From a virus (taxonomy: Duplodnaviria > Caudoviricetes): 64,000 bases of DNA. The position numbers and the translations under genes were made by a program. This document shows, piece after piece, positions 24,776-34,118 of the stretch (positions within the stretch are counted from its first letter, which is position 1; every line of letters starts with the position of its first letter). The notes under the pieces were generated by a model that saw only the letters and a program-made list of their open reading frames with translations, made no database searches and was not told the origin of the DNA. Location: positions 1 to 64,000 of IMG/VR virus record IMGVR_UViG_3300020042_009256, one strand, 5' to 3'.

Positions 24776-25804
24776 ATGTACATGAAACGGGCATTGGTTA
24801 CTGGAGTTACCGGTCAAGATGGATCTTATTTGGCTAAGCATTTAATTGATGAGGGTTATCAAGTTTGTGGTATTGTCAGGAATCACACACAATCCAATCA
24901 ATTGCAGCGATTGAGGTGGATATTTTCTGGTGACTTGCCTCAGGAATTGAGCCTTGAGTATTCGGATTTGACTGATGCTCCCTCATTGAACAGGATTGTC
25001 CAGTCTTTCGAGCCGGATGAAGTCTATAACTTGGCTGCCCAAAGCCATGTTGGTGTCAGTTTTATGTCACCTGTCAGTACCGCAACGGTAAATGCACTGG
25101 GGGTCATGAATGTTCTGGAGGCTTGCCGTGCTGCGTCAACAAAACCAAAGTTTTACCAGGCTTCAACCTCGGAGATGTTTGGTAAGGTACAAGAAGTTCC
25201 GCAAAATGAAGAGACTTCCTTCTATCCAAGGAGTCCTTATGGGGTTGCAAAGTTGTTTGGATATTGGTTGACCATCAATTACCGCGAGAGTTATGACCTA
25301 TTTGGTGTTAATGGAATTCTTTTTAATCATGAAAGCCCCATTCGTGGTGACAATTTTGTAACTAAGAAGATTACCAAGGGATTAGTTTCTGTTTTACGTG
25401 GTAAGCAACCAGTACTTGAGTTGGGGAACTTGGAAGCCAAGCGTGATTGGGGTCATGCAAAAGACTATGTGCGGGCTATGCATTTGATATTGCAGCACCC
25501 TACGCCTGAAGATTTTGTTATTGCTACTGGTATCCAACATAGTGTCCGGGAGTTTTGTGAAATTGCAGCGGAACACTTGGAGCTTGGCTTGGAGTGGCAA
25601 GGTGAGGGTGTTGATGAAATTGGTTACAGCACAAAACTTAACAAAGTTGTAATTAAAATTAATCCTGCGTGCTACCGCCCAACAGAAGTTGATACCTTGC
25701 TGGGAGATAACACCAAAGCACATGCTGTCCTGGGGTGGAAGCCAACAATTCCTTTTGAGAATATTGTGAAAGAAATGTTGGCTTACGATCTAGAAACGGT
25801 CTGA
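24776..25804 (+). CDS. gmd: GDP-mannose 4,6-dehydratase
   Basis: ALVTGVTGQDGSYLA, YNLAAQSHV, YQASTSEMFG, SPYGVAK, GILFNHESP, LGNLEAKRDWGHAKDYV. Confidence 0.96.
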   Translation: MYMKRALVTGVTGQDGSYLAKHLIDEGYQVCGIVRNHTQSNQLQRLRWIFSGDLPQELSLEYSDLTDAPSLNRIVQSFEPDEVYNLAAQSHVGVSFMSPVSTATVNALGVMNVLEACRAASTKPKFYQASTSEMFGKVQEVPQNEETSFYPRSPYGVAKLFGYWLTINYRESYDLFGVNGILFNHESPIRGDNFVTKKITKGLVSVLRGKQPVLELGNLEAKRDWGHAKDYVRAMHLILQHPTPEDFVIATGIQHSVREFCEIAAEHLELGLEWQGEGVDEIGYSTKLNKVVIKINPACYRPTEVDTLLGDNTKAHAVLGWKPTIPFENIVKEMLAYDLETV

Positions 25805-25814
25805 TACCAAGGGG

Positions 25815-25967
25815 TTACAGGTCAACACGTATGTAGTCAAGGCCTTCTTCCTTGAGTTGTTGTTCGTGTTGATCTGCTTCTTCTTCTTCGTAATCATCAA
25901 ATGCCATCTTTTCAAATCCTTCGGGACGGCTCTCGCCATAGTAAAAACGTATTAGTTTGCAAGTCAT
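25815..25967 (-). CDS. 50-aa acidic peptide
   Basis: MTCKLIRFYYGESRPEGFEKMAFDDYEEEEADQHEQQLKEEGLDYIRVDL; not in track. Confidence 0.5.
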   Translation of the reverse strand: MTCKLIRFYYGESRPEGFEKMAFDDYEEEEADQHEQQLKEEGLDYIRVDL

Positions 25968-26036
25968 CAAAAAATTGAGATAATTTATTTTTAAAGAATA
26001 GCAGTACCAATATTTTTTAGCGGAAACTACGGTTGA

Positions 26037-26894
26037 TTGACATATGTATTAGATTGTAATCAATATACAAAACCTGAAATGGTTAACGACTGGCAGAGTC
26101 GAATCAAGAATTTAAATCGTGGGCCTGCACGAATTACGCTGAATGGAAAACGTCACTACGTTACTCCGCTTGAAACTGGTCCAGCGCCTTCGGTCACCAC
26201 AATTCTTTCGGAGACCGCATCAGAAGCCAACAAGAAAAAGTTGGAGATGTGGTCCAAGGCAAACCCTGGAGTTAAGGAAGCTGCTGCAGAACGCGGTACT
26301 GCGATTCACTTTGGGATGGAACAATACCTTAAAGGGAATAAAACTCCTGAGATCAAAGAAGATTATGCAGATTTTTGGTCGGGTATGCCATCAATTCTTG
26401 ACCAGTTTACGGAGGTGCTTTGGGCGGAATCCCCCATTCTGGAACGATTTAATTTCACTGTTGGCGCCGATGACGTGGCTCGCGTGTGGGGTTGCGATGA
26501 TGAGGGGCGGGCTTGGGCTGGTGCTCCTGACATCATTGGCGTGGTTAACGGTAAGCTTACTCTTGCTGATTTAAAAACCAGCGTTAAACCCTATAGCCGT
26601 AAGTGGCCTAAGGATTTGGAGAAAGGATCGCCCGAATGGCGAGACTTACTTGGGGGTCACATGAAATTTAAAAAGACACTTAAACAACTGGCTGCATACG
26701 ACATTGGCATCGAACAGACTCTTGGGATGACGGTCCAGCAGGCTGCCATCCTTGTGTCGACGCCTGTACGCACTCAAATTTTTAAGATCTCCAGGAGATT
26801 TCTAGATTCTTTACGGACTGATTGGTACAAAATTGTTGAGGAATATTACAAACAGATTGAGAATTGTAATGTGTATGACGCTGATTTGGTTTAG
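26037..26894 (+). CDS. PD-(D/E)XK exonuclease
   Basis: PSVTTIL, RGTAIH...EQYL, AGAPDIIG, LADLKTS, QLAAY. Confidence 0.85.
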   Translation: MTYVLDCNQYTKPEMVNDWQSRIKNLNRGPARITLNGKRHYVTPLETGPAPSVTTILSETASEANKKKLEMWSKANPGVKEAAAERGTAIHFGMEQYLKGNKTPEIKEDYADFWSGMPSILDQFTEVLWAESPILERFNFTVGADDVARVWGCDDEGRAWAGAPDIIGVVNGKLTLADLKTSVKPYSRKWPKDLEKGSPEWRDLLGGHMKFKKTLKQLAAYDIGIEQTLGMTVQQAAILVSTPVRTQIFKISRRFLDSLRTDWYKIVEEYYKQIENCNVYDADLV

Positions 26895-27073
26895 CTGTAA
26901 TACGCGGATTCATTTTGGCTGAACCCTAGGTCGCTAGCGCCGAACTTAAGGCGGGGATTGCCTTGTAACATCGCACGTGATGGACTCAGGCCTGTAATCC
27001 TCCCTTCAAGTCTGGCGCCTGCCATTGACTTGGAGGGATCTACGTCTGCCAAATATTTACCAGCAATGCGCAT
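26891..27073 (-). CDS. possible small protein
   Basis: 60-aa ATG ORF convergent with the exonuclease. Confidence 0.35.
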   Translation of the reverse strand: MRIAGKYLADVDPSKSMAGARLEGRITGLSPSRAMLQGNPRLKFGASDLGFSQNESAYYS

Positions 27074-27215
27074 AGTTTTATTGCTGTTGTTCTCATCATA
27101 CGCGAACTGTTACTTAAAAATTATGCGTCTCATTAGACTTGCTGATTCTTAAAAAAAGAATGGTTTGACCAGGATCATCCGCCGTAGGATGAAGAGACAC
27201 TCAAATTTGCTCCCT

Positions 27216-27449
27216 ATGGAAATTCAAATTTCTACGGGAGAATGGCTTGCCTCACTTGGCAAACGCATGGCGTCGGCTATGGATGGGGACATTTTTTGTC
27301 TTCCAACACCGATGCATGTTCATGCGTTTTCTTTGTTAAAGGATTCCCATTTTCCACAAAGAAACCTAGAGTGGACCTTACGCCCAAGTAGTAATGCGCA
27401 TGACGAGCACCAACAAGCTGTCCCTACGACCGGGAGAAATTCGCCTTGA
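27216..27449 (+). CDS. hypothetical protein
   Basis: ATG 27216; overlaps the primase start. Confidence 0.5.
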   Translation: MEIQISTGEWLASLGKRMASAMDGDIFCLPTPMHVHAFSLLKDSHFPQRNLEWTLRPSSNAHDEHQQAVPTTGRNSP

Positions 27450-30045
27450 TTTCATCCCCCTTGATTGGCCGCTCACGCCACTCGGCGCACGCAAGGATCC
27501 TTACATTGCGGGTTGGCAGGGTAAACCGTTTGACCTAAAAGAAATTGAAGAGGAAATACTTTCTGGTGACTGTAAAGCGATTGGTGTTTTAGGTGGACCC
27601 GCCTACAACAATCCTTATGGTTTGGTGTGGGTCGACATTGATGGACCGACTGTCTACACGCTTGTCAAGGAACTGGCAGATGAAACCGACTTTGATAAAG
27701 CACTGCCCCCAACGCTGACTATTTGTAGCGGGAAACTTGGGCGAGAACGCAAACTGTACAAGCTACCTCGGGAAAAGCACAAACATTTTGTCCGTAATAA
27801 ATACACTTGGCACGGGGAGGGCGCCAAAGAAAAGCTTGAGATTCTTTGGTCCCGGCACCAGGGTGTTCTCATGGGTCTACACCCTGAGACTGACGGTTAC
27901 TACACTGCAGAAGGACAGGGGTTTGAGTGGTGTGACAAGCTGCCTGACGTTCCGGACTGGCTGCTAAACGCAATCATTAATAAGAATGTAAAGCAAGGTA
28001 TCCCTGCTAAAGAAACCAAACGCATTGTGGGTCCTGGCTTTGCAATCAATACAGAAATCAGTCTTGATCGCGATATCCAACTAGGTCAAGAAGCCATGTG
28101 GAGTTTGCCAATCGAAGCTTGTGATGATTACGACATCTGGATCACAATTGGTCAGACACTTCACTCAACAGATGAATCGCTGCTCGATGCTTGGGATGAA
28201 TGGTCCAAGCAATCAGAGAAGTATCAGGAGGGTGAATGCCACAGGCGTTGGCTCTCCTTCAGTAAAGGAGGGGGGCGTGGCTTGGGGTCACTAATACATA
28301 TCGCCCAGGAACACGGGTGGCAGCCTTCACAAGACCATCGTGCAATGAGTGTGGATGACGCGGTTTTGGAGCAGAGTTGTAAGTTGCTTGAAGCTTTTGA
28401 AAAGGAGGTCCACTTGGTAAATCAAGAAGTTGTTCATGAAGAAAAAAAACAACAGGACTCTGAGTTGGTCTTTGACACATCTCCGTTGCTGTCATTGCCT
28501 GGCTTAAACATGAAAACAGGAAAAGACCAAAAAACAAAGAATGCATCATCCGACATCCTGACCCATGTGGTTCGTCAGTTATATAACGGAAATCTGCGGT
28601 TCAGTCAAGAGCAGGGGACCTTTTTTCTTTATGAACACCGTAGTCCGGGGCTCTGGTCCCAGGTGTCTGACCATGAGGTGAGGGGCAGTATCAAGAATAA
28701 ATTTGAATCTGTGAAGGGTGAGTTGCTAAGAAATGGCTATGGCATGAACCTGATCAACGATGTTCTTGAACAGTTAAGAATTGTTTTAATTTTTGATGGT
28801 TGGTATGAGGGCAATGATCTTTTGTTGTTTACCAATGGGATTCTTGATATTCAAACTCGTGAGCTGCGTCCATTTGAACGGGGCCTTTTCATTACGCAAC
28901 AACTGCCTTATCCCTATAACCCTGGGATGGGTTGTGAACTAATCATCAAATGGCTTAAGAGTGCTCAAGATGGATCTTGGCATCGTGTGCAAGTTCTACG
29001 TGCTTGGCTTCGTGCCGTATTGTTGAGTCGCTCTGACATTCAAAAGTTTGTTGAGATTGTAGGCCCAGGGAAATCAGGTAAGTCTACTTATGCAAACTTA
29101 GCTCATGCCTTGGTGGGTGACGATAACGCCATGATCTCTTCGCTGGAACACTTGGAGAAGAATAGGTTTGAGACGTCTAACTTATATAAGAAAAAGTTAT
29201 TGCTGTTCAATGATGTTGAGCGGTACGGTGGTTCGGTATCGGTATTGAAAGCACTGACTGGTCGTGACCTTATTCGTAACGAACGTAAGTTTCAAACGGG
29301 TAGTCAAAAACCTTTCAAGTTCAATGGCCTTGTGATGATTACTGCTAATGAACCGATTCAAACAACTGATCCAACCTCTGGTCTCGCCCGTCGCCGTCTT
29401 ACTATTCCTTTTAATAATGTGTTTAGTGGCTCGTCTGCAGAACAAAAAACACTCATCGATATGGATGATCGTGGGCGACCGTTCGGTGAATTTGCTCACC
29501 TCCTTCCTGGATTGGTCAACTGGGTCCTCGATATGAGTGAGGCGGAGATGCGGGAATACCTTATGGAAACCAATAGCAAAGTTAAATTCTTTGCTACGTA
29601 TCACCGCGAGCAGATCCTTAAATCTAATCAGATCATGGACTGGTTACATCACTGCGTTATTTTTGACGTAGGGGTAACGTCTGTCATTGGTCTTGCTAAG
29701 TATGCAGCCGGTAAAAATACCTACGAAAATCACAACTATTGGTTGTATGCAAGCTATTGTGAGTTCTCTCGCTCTAGTAATAGCAACGTTCTTGGGCGCA
29801 GTCGATTTGAATCCCTGCTGATGGACGTTTGTATGCACCAATTAAAATTGAATGTTTACCAGGTAAAGACCAGTCGCGGTATGCTTGTTAAAAATATTTC
29901 TTGTCGAGGAAGAGATCCTAAATATGAAAAGTATCCAACTATTGTGGAGGTTGGGTTGAACAAAGAAGAATGGAGAGTTCAGTACGGAGATGTTCTAGAT
30001 AGGAAGACTGATGCAAAAATAGAGAATGAAGCAATAGAAACTTGA
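27400..30045 (+). CDS. primase (prim-pol + PriCT-2) fused to D5-like SF3 helicase
   Basis: N-terminal WPLTPLG..K.P...GW..LVWVDIDG; YDIWITIGQTLH..W.EWSK.S.KY....C..RW.SF (PriCT-2); Walker A GPGKSGKS, Walker B FNDVE, motif C ITAN. Confidence 0.92.
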   Translation: MTSTNKLSLRPGEIRLDFIPLDWPLTPLGARKDPYIAGWQGKPFDLKEIEEEILSGDCKAIGVLGGPAYNNPYGLVWVDIDGPTVYTLVKELADETDFDKALPPTLTICSGKLGRERKLYKLPREKHKHFVRNKYTWHGEGAKEKLEILWSRHQGVLMGLHPETDGYYTAEGQGFEWCDKLPDVPDWLLNAIINKNVKQGIPAKETKRIVGPGFAINTEISLDRDIQLGQEAMWSLPIEACDDYDIWITIGQTLHSTDESLLDAWDEWSKQSEKYQEGECHRRWLSFSKGGGRGLGSLIHIAQEHGWQPSQDHRAMSVDDAVLEQSCKLLEAFEKEVHLVNQEVVHEEKKQQDSELVFDTSPLLSLPGLNMKTGKDQKTKNASSDILTHVVRQLYNGNLRFSQEQGTFFLYEHRSPGLWSQVSDHEVRGSIKNKFESVKGELLRNGYGMNLINDVLEQLRIVLIFDGWYEGNDLLLFTNGILDIQTRELRPFERGLFITQQLPYPYNPGMGCELIIKWLKSAQDGSWHRVQVLRAWLRAVLLSRSDIQKFVEIVGPGKSGKSTYANLAHALVGDDNAMISSLEHLEKNRFETSNLYKKKLLLFNDVERYGGSVSVLKALTGRDLIRNERKFQTGSQKPFKFNGLVMITANEPIQTTDPTSGLARRRLTIPFNNVFSGSSAEQKTLIDMDDRGRPFGEFAHLLPGLVNWVLDMSEAEMREYLMETNSKVKFFATYHREQILKSNQIMDWLHHCVIFDVGVTSVIGLAKYAAGKNTYENHNYWLYASYCEFSRSSNSNVLGRSRFESLLMDVCMHQLKLNVYQVKTSRGMLVKNISCRGRDPKYEKYPTIVEVGLNKEEWRVQYGDVLDRKTDAKIENEAIET

Positions 30046-30401
30046 GTAACGGTCGCCACTTAATCTTGGATCTTTACGATTGTGATCCAGGTATCCTTGA
30101 TGATTACGGGGAACTTCAACGGTTGCTTGAAGCTGCGCTTGTGATGGCAAAAGCTAATATTTTACAGATCATTGGTGAAAAATTCAAACCGCAAGGTGTG
30201 ACTTTGTTAGCATTACTATCGGAGTCACACGCATCTATCCATACATGGCCGGAGATTGGCTATGCGGCCATTGACCTATATACATGTGGTGATACCACTC
30301 AAACTCATAAGGCTGCTGAGTTTCTTAAATTCAAACTCAAATCCAATAACTCAAAAGAAAAAGAATTAATACGGTCGACAGTACCTACGAATTGTGTATA
30401 G
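30042..30401 (+). CDS. speD: S-adenosylmethionine decarboxylase proenzyme
   Basis: GRHLILDLYDC, LLSESHASIHTWPE (E|S autocleavage), DLYTCG; TTG start. Confidence 0.93.
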   Translation: MSNGRHLILDLYDCDPGILDDYGELQRLLEAALVMAKANILQIIGEKFKPQGVTLLALLSESHASIHTWPEIGYAAIDLYTCGDTTQTHKAAEFLKFKLKSNNSKEKELIRSTVPTNCV

Positions 30402-30424
30402 TTAATCAAGATATCTCGTCTTAA

Positions 30425-31687
30425 ATGACTAAAAAACCTAAGCTCCTTTGGTGTGGTGACATCGTTGCCAAAACCGGTTTTGCACGTGTTACTGAAAATG
30501 TTTTGTCGCGCATTGAAGACGATTACGAAATCGTAGTGCTCGGCAATAACTGGTGGGGCGATCCGCATCCTCTGCAGGAACGCTACAAAATGTACCCATC
30601 TTCCAATAGGTTCCAGCAGGCACCTTTTGGTGAGCAACGTATCAAGGAAGTTGTGGAGCGCGAAGCTCCTGACCTTGTGTTTACAATTAATGACATCTGG
30701 ATTATTAATGAGCAATACAGGCAAATTCAAGAATTACACAAAGAAAAGAAATTTAAATTTGTGGGTTATGCCCCCATGGACAGCTACGGCTGGACTGGTA
30801 GCCTGGCTGATACTGCTAACGATTGGGATGGGATTATCTCTTATACGGAATTTGGCGCTCACGAATTTATTGCCGGTGGTATTAACCAACCCATTTATGT
30901 GGTACCGCATGGTGTGACTTCAGGCCAGTTCTATCCCATGGATAAAGCTGAGGCCCGGAAAAAACTGGGCGTGGCAGACGATATCTTTATTGTGTTCAAT
31001 GGTAACCGTAATCAATTCCGCAAACGGATTGACATTACCATTGAAGGTTTTGCCAAATTTGCCAAGGACAAGCCTGACACCCAGTTGTACCTACATATGG
31101 GTTTGAAGGACCAGGGCTGGGATATCATTCCGCTGTTCTCACGGGCTATGCAGCGGGAGGGGCTGGATCCTAATGGGCGGATCATCCTCACCACGCAGAC
31201 ACAGAACCCACCGGATGTGGAGGTTGACTTGCTCAACACCATCTACAACTCCGCTGACATTGGCGTAAACACCTGCAAGGGTGAGGGCTGGGGGCTTGTC
31301 AACTTCGAGCACGCTGCCTGTCGTGTGGCCCAGGTGGTGCCTAATCACACGTCATGCCGTGAGATCTTTGAGGGTTATGGGGAGTTAATTCGTTGTGACC
31401 ACGTTGATGTGGACACGAACTACGGCAGGGAAATGCCCTGTCCTTCTTCAGACCACCTCGCGGAAATCCTTACGGATCTTTACGAAAACCGTGACAAGCT
31501 TAATGCTACGGCGGAGGCATGTTACCAACGTGTTACAGATAAGAAATTTGATTGGGAAACGGTCGCCGCACAATTCGCCGGTATTTTTGAAGATGTGCTT
31601 CAAAAAACTGAAGCTGAGCCAGAGCCTGCACCTAAGAAGAAAAAGAAACTAAAGAAGGTAAAGAGACTGGTTGGCGCTGCAAGCTGA
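30425..31687 (+). CDS. glycosyltransferase (GT-B, family 4-like)
   Basis: TGFARV, NGNRNQFRKRID, YNSADIGVNTCKGEGWGLVNFEHAAC. Confidence 0.88.
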   Translation: MTKKPKLLWCGDIVAKTGFARVTENVLSRIEDDYEIVVLGNNWWGDPHPLQERYKMYPSSNRFQQAPFGEQRIKEVVEREAPDLVFTINDIWIINEQYRQIQELHKEKKFKFVGYAPMDSYGWTGSLADTANDWDGIISYTEFGAHEFIAGGINQPIYVVPHGVTSGQFYPMDKAEARKKLGVADDIFIVFNGNRNQFRKRIDITIEGFAKFAKDKPDTQLYLHMGLKDQGWDIIPLFSRAMQREGLDPNGRIILTTQTQNPPDVEVDLLNTIYNSADIGVNTCKGEGWGLVNFEHAACRVAQVVPNHTSCREIFEGYGELIRCDHVDVDTNYGREMPCPSSDHLAEILTDLYENRDKLNATAEACYQRVTDKKFDWETVAAQFAGIFEDVLQKTEAEPEPAPKKKKKLKKVKRLVGAAS

Positions 31688-31707
31688 CACTAGTTGTCAC
31701 ATGCTTT

Positions 31708-31733
31708 AAACCCTTGCTACGGCAGGGGTTTTT
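31708..31733 (+). terminator. rho-independent terminator
   Basis: AAACCCTTGC-TACG-GCAGGGGTTTTT. Confidence 0.75.
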
Positions 31734-31780
31734 ATTTTGGTTGGTTGGTCCCAGGATGAGACGTACTTGGGATACAGAGA

Positions 31781-31937
31781 TTGCAGACTTTGGGGCCTTT
31801 CTATACTTACTATGACGTAGATGACGCCGCTGTGGACAATGTATGTGTCTCATGAGAATCAAATGAGAAACACGTACACTTTGTGACAGCGGCGTCATTT
31901 AGCTCTAGACTGAAAAAAATTAACCCAAAGTCTGCAA
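31781..31937 (+). repeat. 157-nt nested inverted repeat (long hairpin)
   Basis: 14-bp perfect TTGCAGACTTTGGG/CCCAAAGTCTGCAA (31781-94/31924-37); 13-bp perfect ATGACGCCGCTGT/ACAGCGGCGTCAT (31821-33/31886-98); inner ACAA/TTGT, TGTATGTGT/ACACGTACA, CTCAT/ATGAG. Confidence 0.85.
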
Positions 31938-31951
31938 AGTCTGCACTCACC

Positions 31952-32635
31952 ATGGCAAACATGTACCGACAGGTCAAAGATGCGAGTGAGCAAGTGGCTT
32001 TTCGCCATGTAAGAGATATTGAAACCTTAGACCAGTCTCAACTTGAGTCTCATAGTTATTACATTGGGTATCCTTGTCCCCATGGTCATTTGATACGTGA
32101 CACTAAACAAAACTGGTGTTATTTCTGTGTTAAAAAAATACTAGGCAACAATTGTGGCTTTGATGTTAATTTTCTTCACCCTGATTACAAGGTCAAGTAT
32201 TTAAAGCTTTGGGCATGTATTGACGTAGGGCATCCAGAAAATTGCTGGACTATCAATGCTGCTGGTGCGTACAACCCTAAGCGTATTTGCATGCCTTCCT
32301 ATCGTTCTTTATATAGTCGGCAAAAATCTGAGAACGTAACCATACACAAAGCTTTGTATCAAAGTGCATGGGGTGATATCGGGTCTTTGGTAGTAACACG
32401 CTCATGCGGAAATCCAAAATGCGGTAACCCTTTGCATATGGTGTCCAGCTGGAATCGTCTGTTTCCTCCTGGAAACTTACATCCATTTTCTATTGAATTC
32501 AAAGCTGAAAAAATAATGCAGATATCTCAGGCTCGTTTGTTAAACTGTGAACAAAAAATCATTGAGTATTATTACAAACCAACTATTACTCACCCATTAG
32601 AAGTGAAGGAACCCCCGGAGTATGATGAAGGGTGA
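31952..32635 (+). CDS. His-Me finger (HNH-like) endonuclease-like protein
   Basis: N-terminal CPHGH..WCYFC; CWTI...HKALY...RSCGNPKCGNPLHM. Confidence 0.6.
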   Translation: MANMYRQVKDASEQVAFRHVRDIETLDQSQLESHSYYIGYPCPHGHLIRDTKQNWCYFCVKKILGNNCGFDVNFLHPDYKVKYLKLWACIDVGHPENCWTINAAGAYNPKRICMPSYRSLYSRQKSENVTIHKALYQSAWGDIGSLVVTRSCGNPKCGNPLHMVSSWNRLFPPGNLHPFSIEFKAEKIMQISQARLLNCEQKIIEYYYKPTITHPLEVKEPPEYDEG

Positions 32636-32655
32636 GGCTTATATTGCAATAAATA

Positions 32656-33402
32656 ATGGCAAGGAATCAATCTAGTCAAAGACAACGTACCAAGGAAAAC
32701 CCTTTAGATCTTGGTACATTTAACGTAACATCCTTGCGTGATTTACGTGGTACTTTAGGGCCTCGCTCTCAGGTTATTGGTAGGGCTGATACGTGGGATA
32801 ACTCTAATGGTGGTTATGGTGGTGGTACGTATAACCATTGGTTTAGAATTAACCTAGCAGTTAACGCATGGATCATTGTTACTAAAGGTCCACCAAGACC
32901 TAAATACATTCAAACTTCTGTATATGACTTAAATCAAAATCCTATTCAAGCGCGTAATGTTTTTGATCAAGACAGCGTCAAACAAGTAAACAACGGCGAG
33001 GTTTATTATCCATATGTTGGGCATACAATGAATGCTCAATCTTATTTATACAATAACTTCAACCCCAATCGTCTTGATCGAGGTGATGATCGCTACTTTG
33101 TACTGCCTCCTGGATCTTATCTACTGTGTGTATCTACTACTAGAAATGAATTACTGAATTATTCAGTTGGTTTAGTTGTTGAAGTTCAAGATATTGAACC
33201 CGAGTTGTTACTAGAAACAGGCGGTATTAATCATATTGTCTATGAAGACGAAGATTACATTTTGCTTGATTTGACTGAGAACTACACTGGCGAAGATGTG
33301 CACCAACATTCTTTAAATGAATGGCAAACGGCCTGGGAACGTGATCATCAACAAGATAATCGGTTTCCTGATTTGTTTTTACCGCTGATAACGGAGTCAT
33401 AA
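32656..33402 (+). CDS. hypothetical beta-sandwich protein, possibly virion-associated
   Basis: 248 aa; YNHWFRINL...LPPGSYLLCVSTTRN...YSVGLVVE. Confidence 0.75.
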   Translation: MARNQSSQRQRTKENPLDLGTFNVTSLRDLRGTLGPRSQVIGRADTWDNSNGGYGGGTYNHWFRINLAVNAWIIVTKGPPRPKYIQTSVYDLNQNPIQARNVFDQDSVKQVNNGEVYYPYVGHTMNAQSYLYNNFNPNRLDRGDDRYFVLPPGSYLLCVSTTRNELLNYSVGLVVEVQDIEPELLLETGGINHIVYEDEDYILLDLTENYTGEDVHQHSLNEWQTAWERDHQQDNRFPDLFLPLITES

Positions 33403-33461
33403 TTTTGTTACACAACTAAACCGTATAGACGTTATCGTATTTAAAACACTCAACCAAATGA

Positions 33462-33926
33462 ATGACCTTCCGAATCAAACAAAGAAAAAAAGTATTTACC
33501 GTCAATATTGGAAAGGGATACATCTTGAAAATGCGTTTACTCCCATGGTGGAGGACAACGACAGGACGTGTGTGGCTTGCAAGTTTGGCTGTGTCAAAAA
33601 GCAAAAGACAAATCAACGATTGGATGAACAGAAAACAAAGTCACAGGGTCCGCCGCTTGGATATGTCTTTGACCGGTAAAATTGGTAATCGAGTTCAAGC
33701 CATAGCTATTCGCCAAGTTCGTAAATGGGTAGATGAACTACCTTATCAACACGCTATAACCTTGATATGTGAATCTGCACTACCCGAAAAACAATTTCGT
33801 GTATGGGAAAAATGGTTTAAAAGACACGAAAATTTTAACTGGGAAATATCTAAAACGCATAAGTCTTTTTATTTTTACAAAAGTAAGTGTTCAGTTGAAT
33901 ACATTAACGAATATTTAGATGCGTAG
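33462..33926 (+). CDS. hypothetical basic protein
   Basis: 154-aa ATG ORF. Confidence 0.65.
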   Translation: MTFRIKQRKKVFTVNIGKGYILKMRLLPWWRTTTGRVWLASLAVSKSKRQINDWMNRKQSHRVRRLDMSLTGKIGNRVQAIAIRQVRKWVDELPYQHAITLICESALPEKQFRVWEKWFKRHENFNWEISKTHKSFYFYKSKCSVEYINEYLDA

Positions 33927-33952
33927 AATAAAGAAAACCACCTAAGTTAATC

Positions 33953-34114
33953 ATGAACATTTCTAAGTATGTTGAGACGGCTCTTGCAGTTCATGCAGCA
34001 GCTAGTGCAATTACTGCACTTACACCTACGCCTAAAGATGACAGCGCTGTTCGTAAGTTGTATCGGATTATTGAATTGCTTGCTCTGGTTACTAGCCGTA
34101 CTAAGCAACGTTGA
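33953..34114 (+). CDS. 53-aa protein with TPTPKDD motif (holin-like candidate)
   Basis: MNISKYVETALAVHAAASAITALTPTPKDDSAVRKLYRIIELLALVTSRTKQR; next to the endolysin; not in track. Confidence 0.55.
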   Translation: MNISKYVETALAVHAAASAITALTPTPKDDSAVRKLYRIIELLALVTSRTKQR

Positions 34115-34118
34115 TTCC

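Noticed and set aside
31632-31898. 88-aa - strand ORF and the extended 31883 start
   Set aside because: They run through a terminator and the long inverted repeat; better explained as non-coding
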